NCBI GenBank assembly: GCA_964630515.1
Contig: CAZVVP010000003.1
Location: forward strand, 1-56,112
Direction: 5' to 3'
Length of the DNA: 56,112 bases
From: an uncultured Christensenella sp.
GTDB lineage: Bacteria; Bacillota; Clostridia; Christensenellales; UBA1242
How positions within the stretch are numbered: the stretch's first letter is position 1; each line of letters starts with the position of its first letter. The notes beneath the pieces are model-generated. The model was not told where the DNA came from. It did no database searches and saw only the letters and a program-made list of their open reading frames with translations. Shown in pieces: positions 56,087-56,112 of the stretch. The position numbers and the translations under genes are program-made.

Positions 56087-56112
56087 AGGGGTGTAGTTCA
56101 TCGGTAGAATAA
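56087..56112 (+). tRNA. 5' part of a tRNA (D-arm GTTC-ATCGGTA-GAAT resembles tRNA-Gly type), clipped by window edge
   Basis: A 7-nt acceptor strand is followed by TA, then D-stem GTTC / GAAT around the loop ATCGGTA. The anticodon is not visible, so identity is uncertain. Confidence 0.5.

Overview
Visibly AT-rich (about 30% G+C by eye, not computed) chromosomal core segment of a low-GC Gram-positive, probably endospore-forming bacterium. The spore inference rests on gpr, a PdaB-like deacetylase and a YjcZ-like tiny protein. There are about 50 protein genes, roughly 40 on the + strand, tightly packed with many 1-12 nt start/stop overlaps. Content is mostly translation, RNA-modification and DNA-repair housekeeping: priA-def-fmt-rsmB-rlmN-rsgA-rpe, rpiB, hflX, engB, rlmH, pth-mfd, ruvCAB-queA-tgt-yajC, rpsT, gpr, lysS, degV, a class A PBP, miaB, cysteine desulfurase-thiI, rny, lexA, rnhA, and a tRNA clipped at the right edge. 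I see no rRNA, CRISPR array, transposase or obvious prophage. All product calls come from motif recognition by eye; no searches were run. The items most worth a second look are listed here. (1) HflX carries a ~170-aa N-terminal extension with an intact JAMM/MPN+ zinc-protease signature. (2) A stand-alone 69-71 aa protein is 20% Cys, has an internal duplication, and has its own SD and terminator. (3) A GlmU-derived ORF at the canonical glmU position has lost the uridyltransferase motifs and the acetyltransferase end. (4) A PadR domain is fused through a ~380-aa acidic linker to a 4-TM anchor, divergent from an orphan DUF45/M48 peptidase, with repeated operator-like motifs between them. (5) An ABC ATPase has degenerate signature, Walker B, D-loop and H-loop motifs and is paired with a permease that has a large loop. 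(6) A 986-aa membrane-anchored coiled-coil protein has five exact 67-aa (201-nt) tandem repeats. (7) The PrpC/PrkC pair is absent from its otherwise conserved slot between rlmN and rsgA. (8) A LexA box overlaps the lexA -35, next to a tyrosine recombinase and an orphan protein that looks like a degenerate nucleotidyltransferase.
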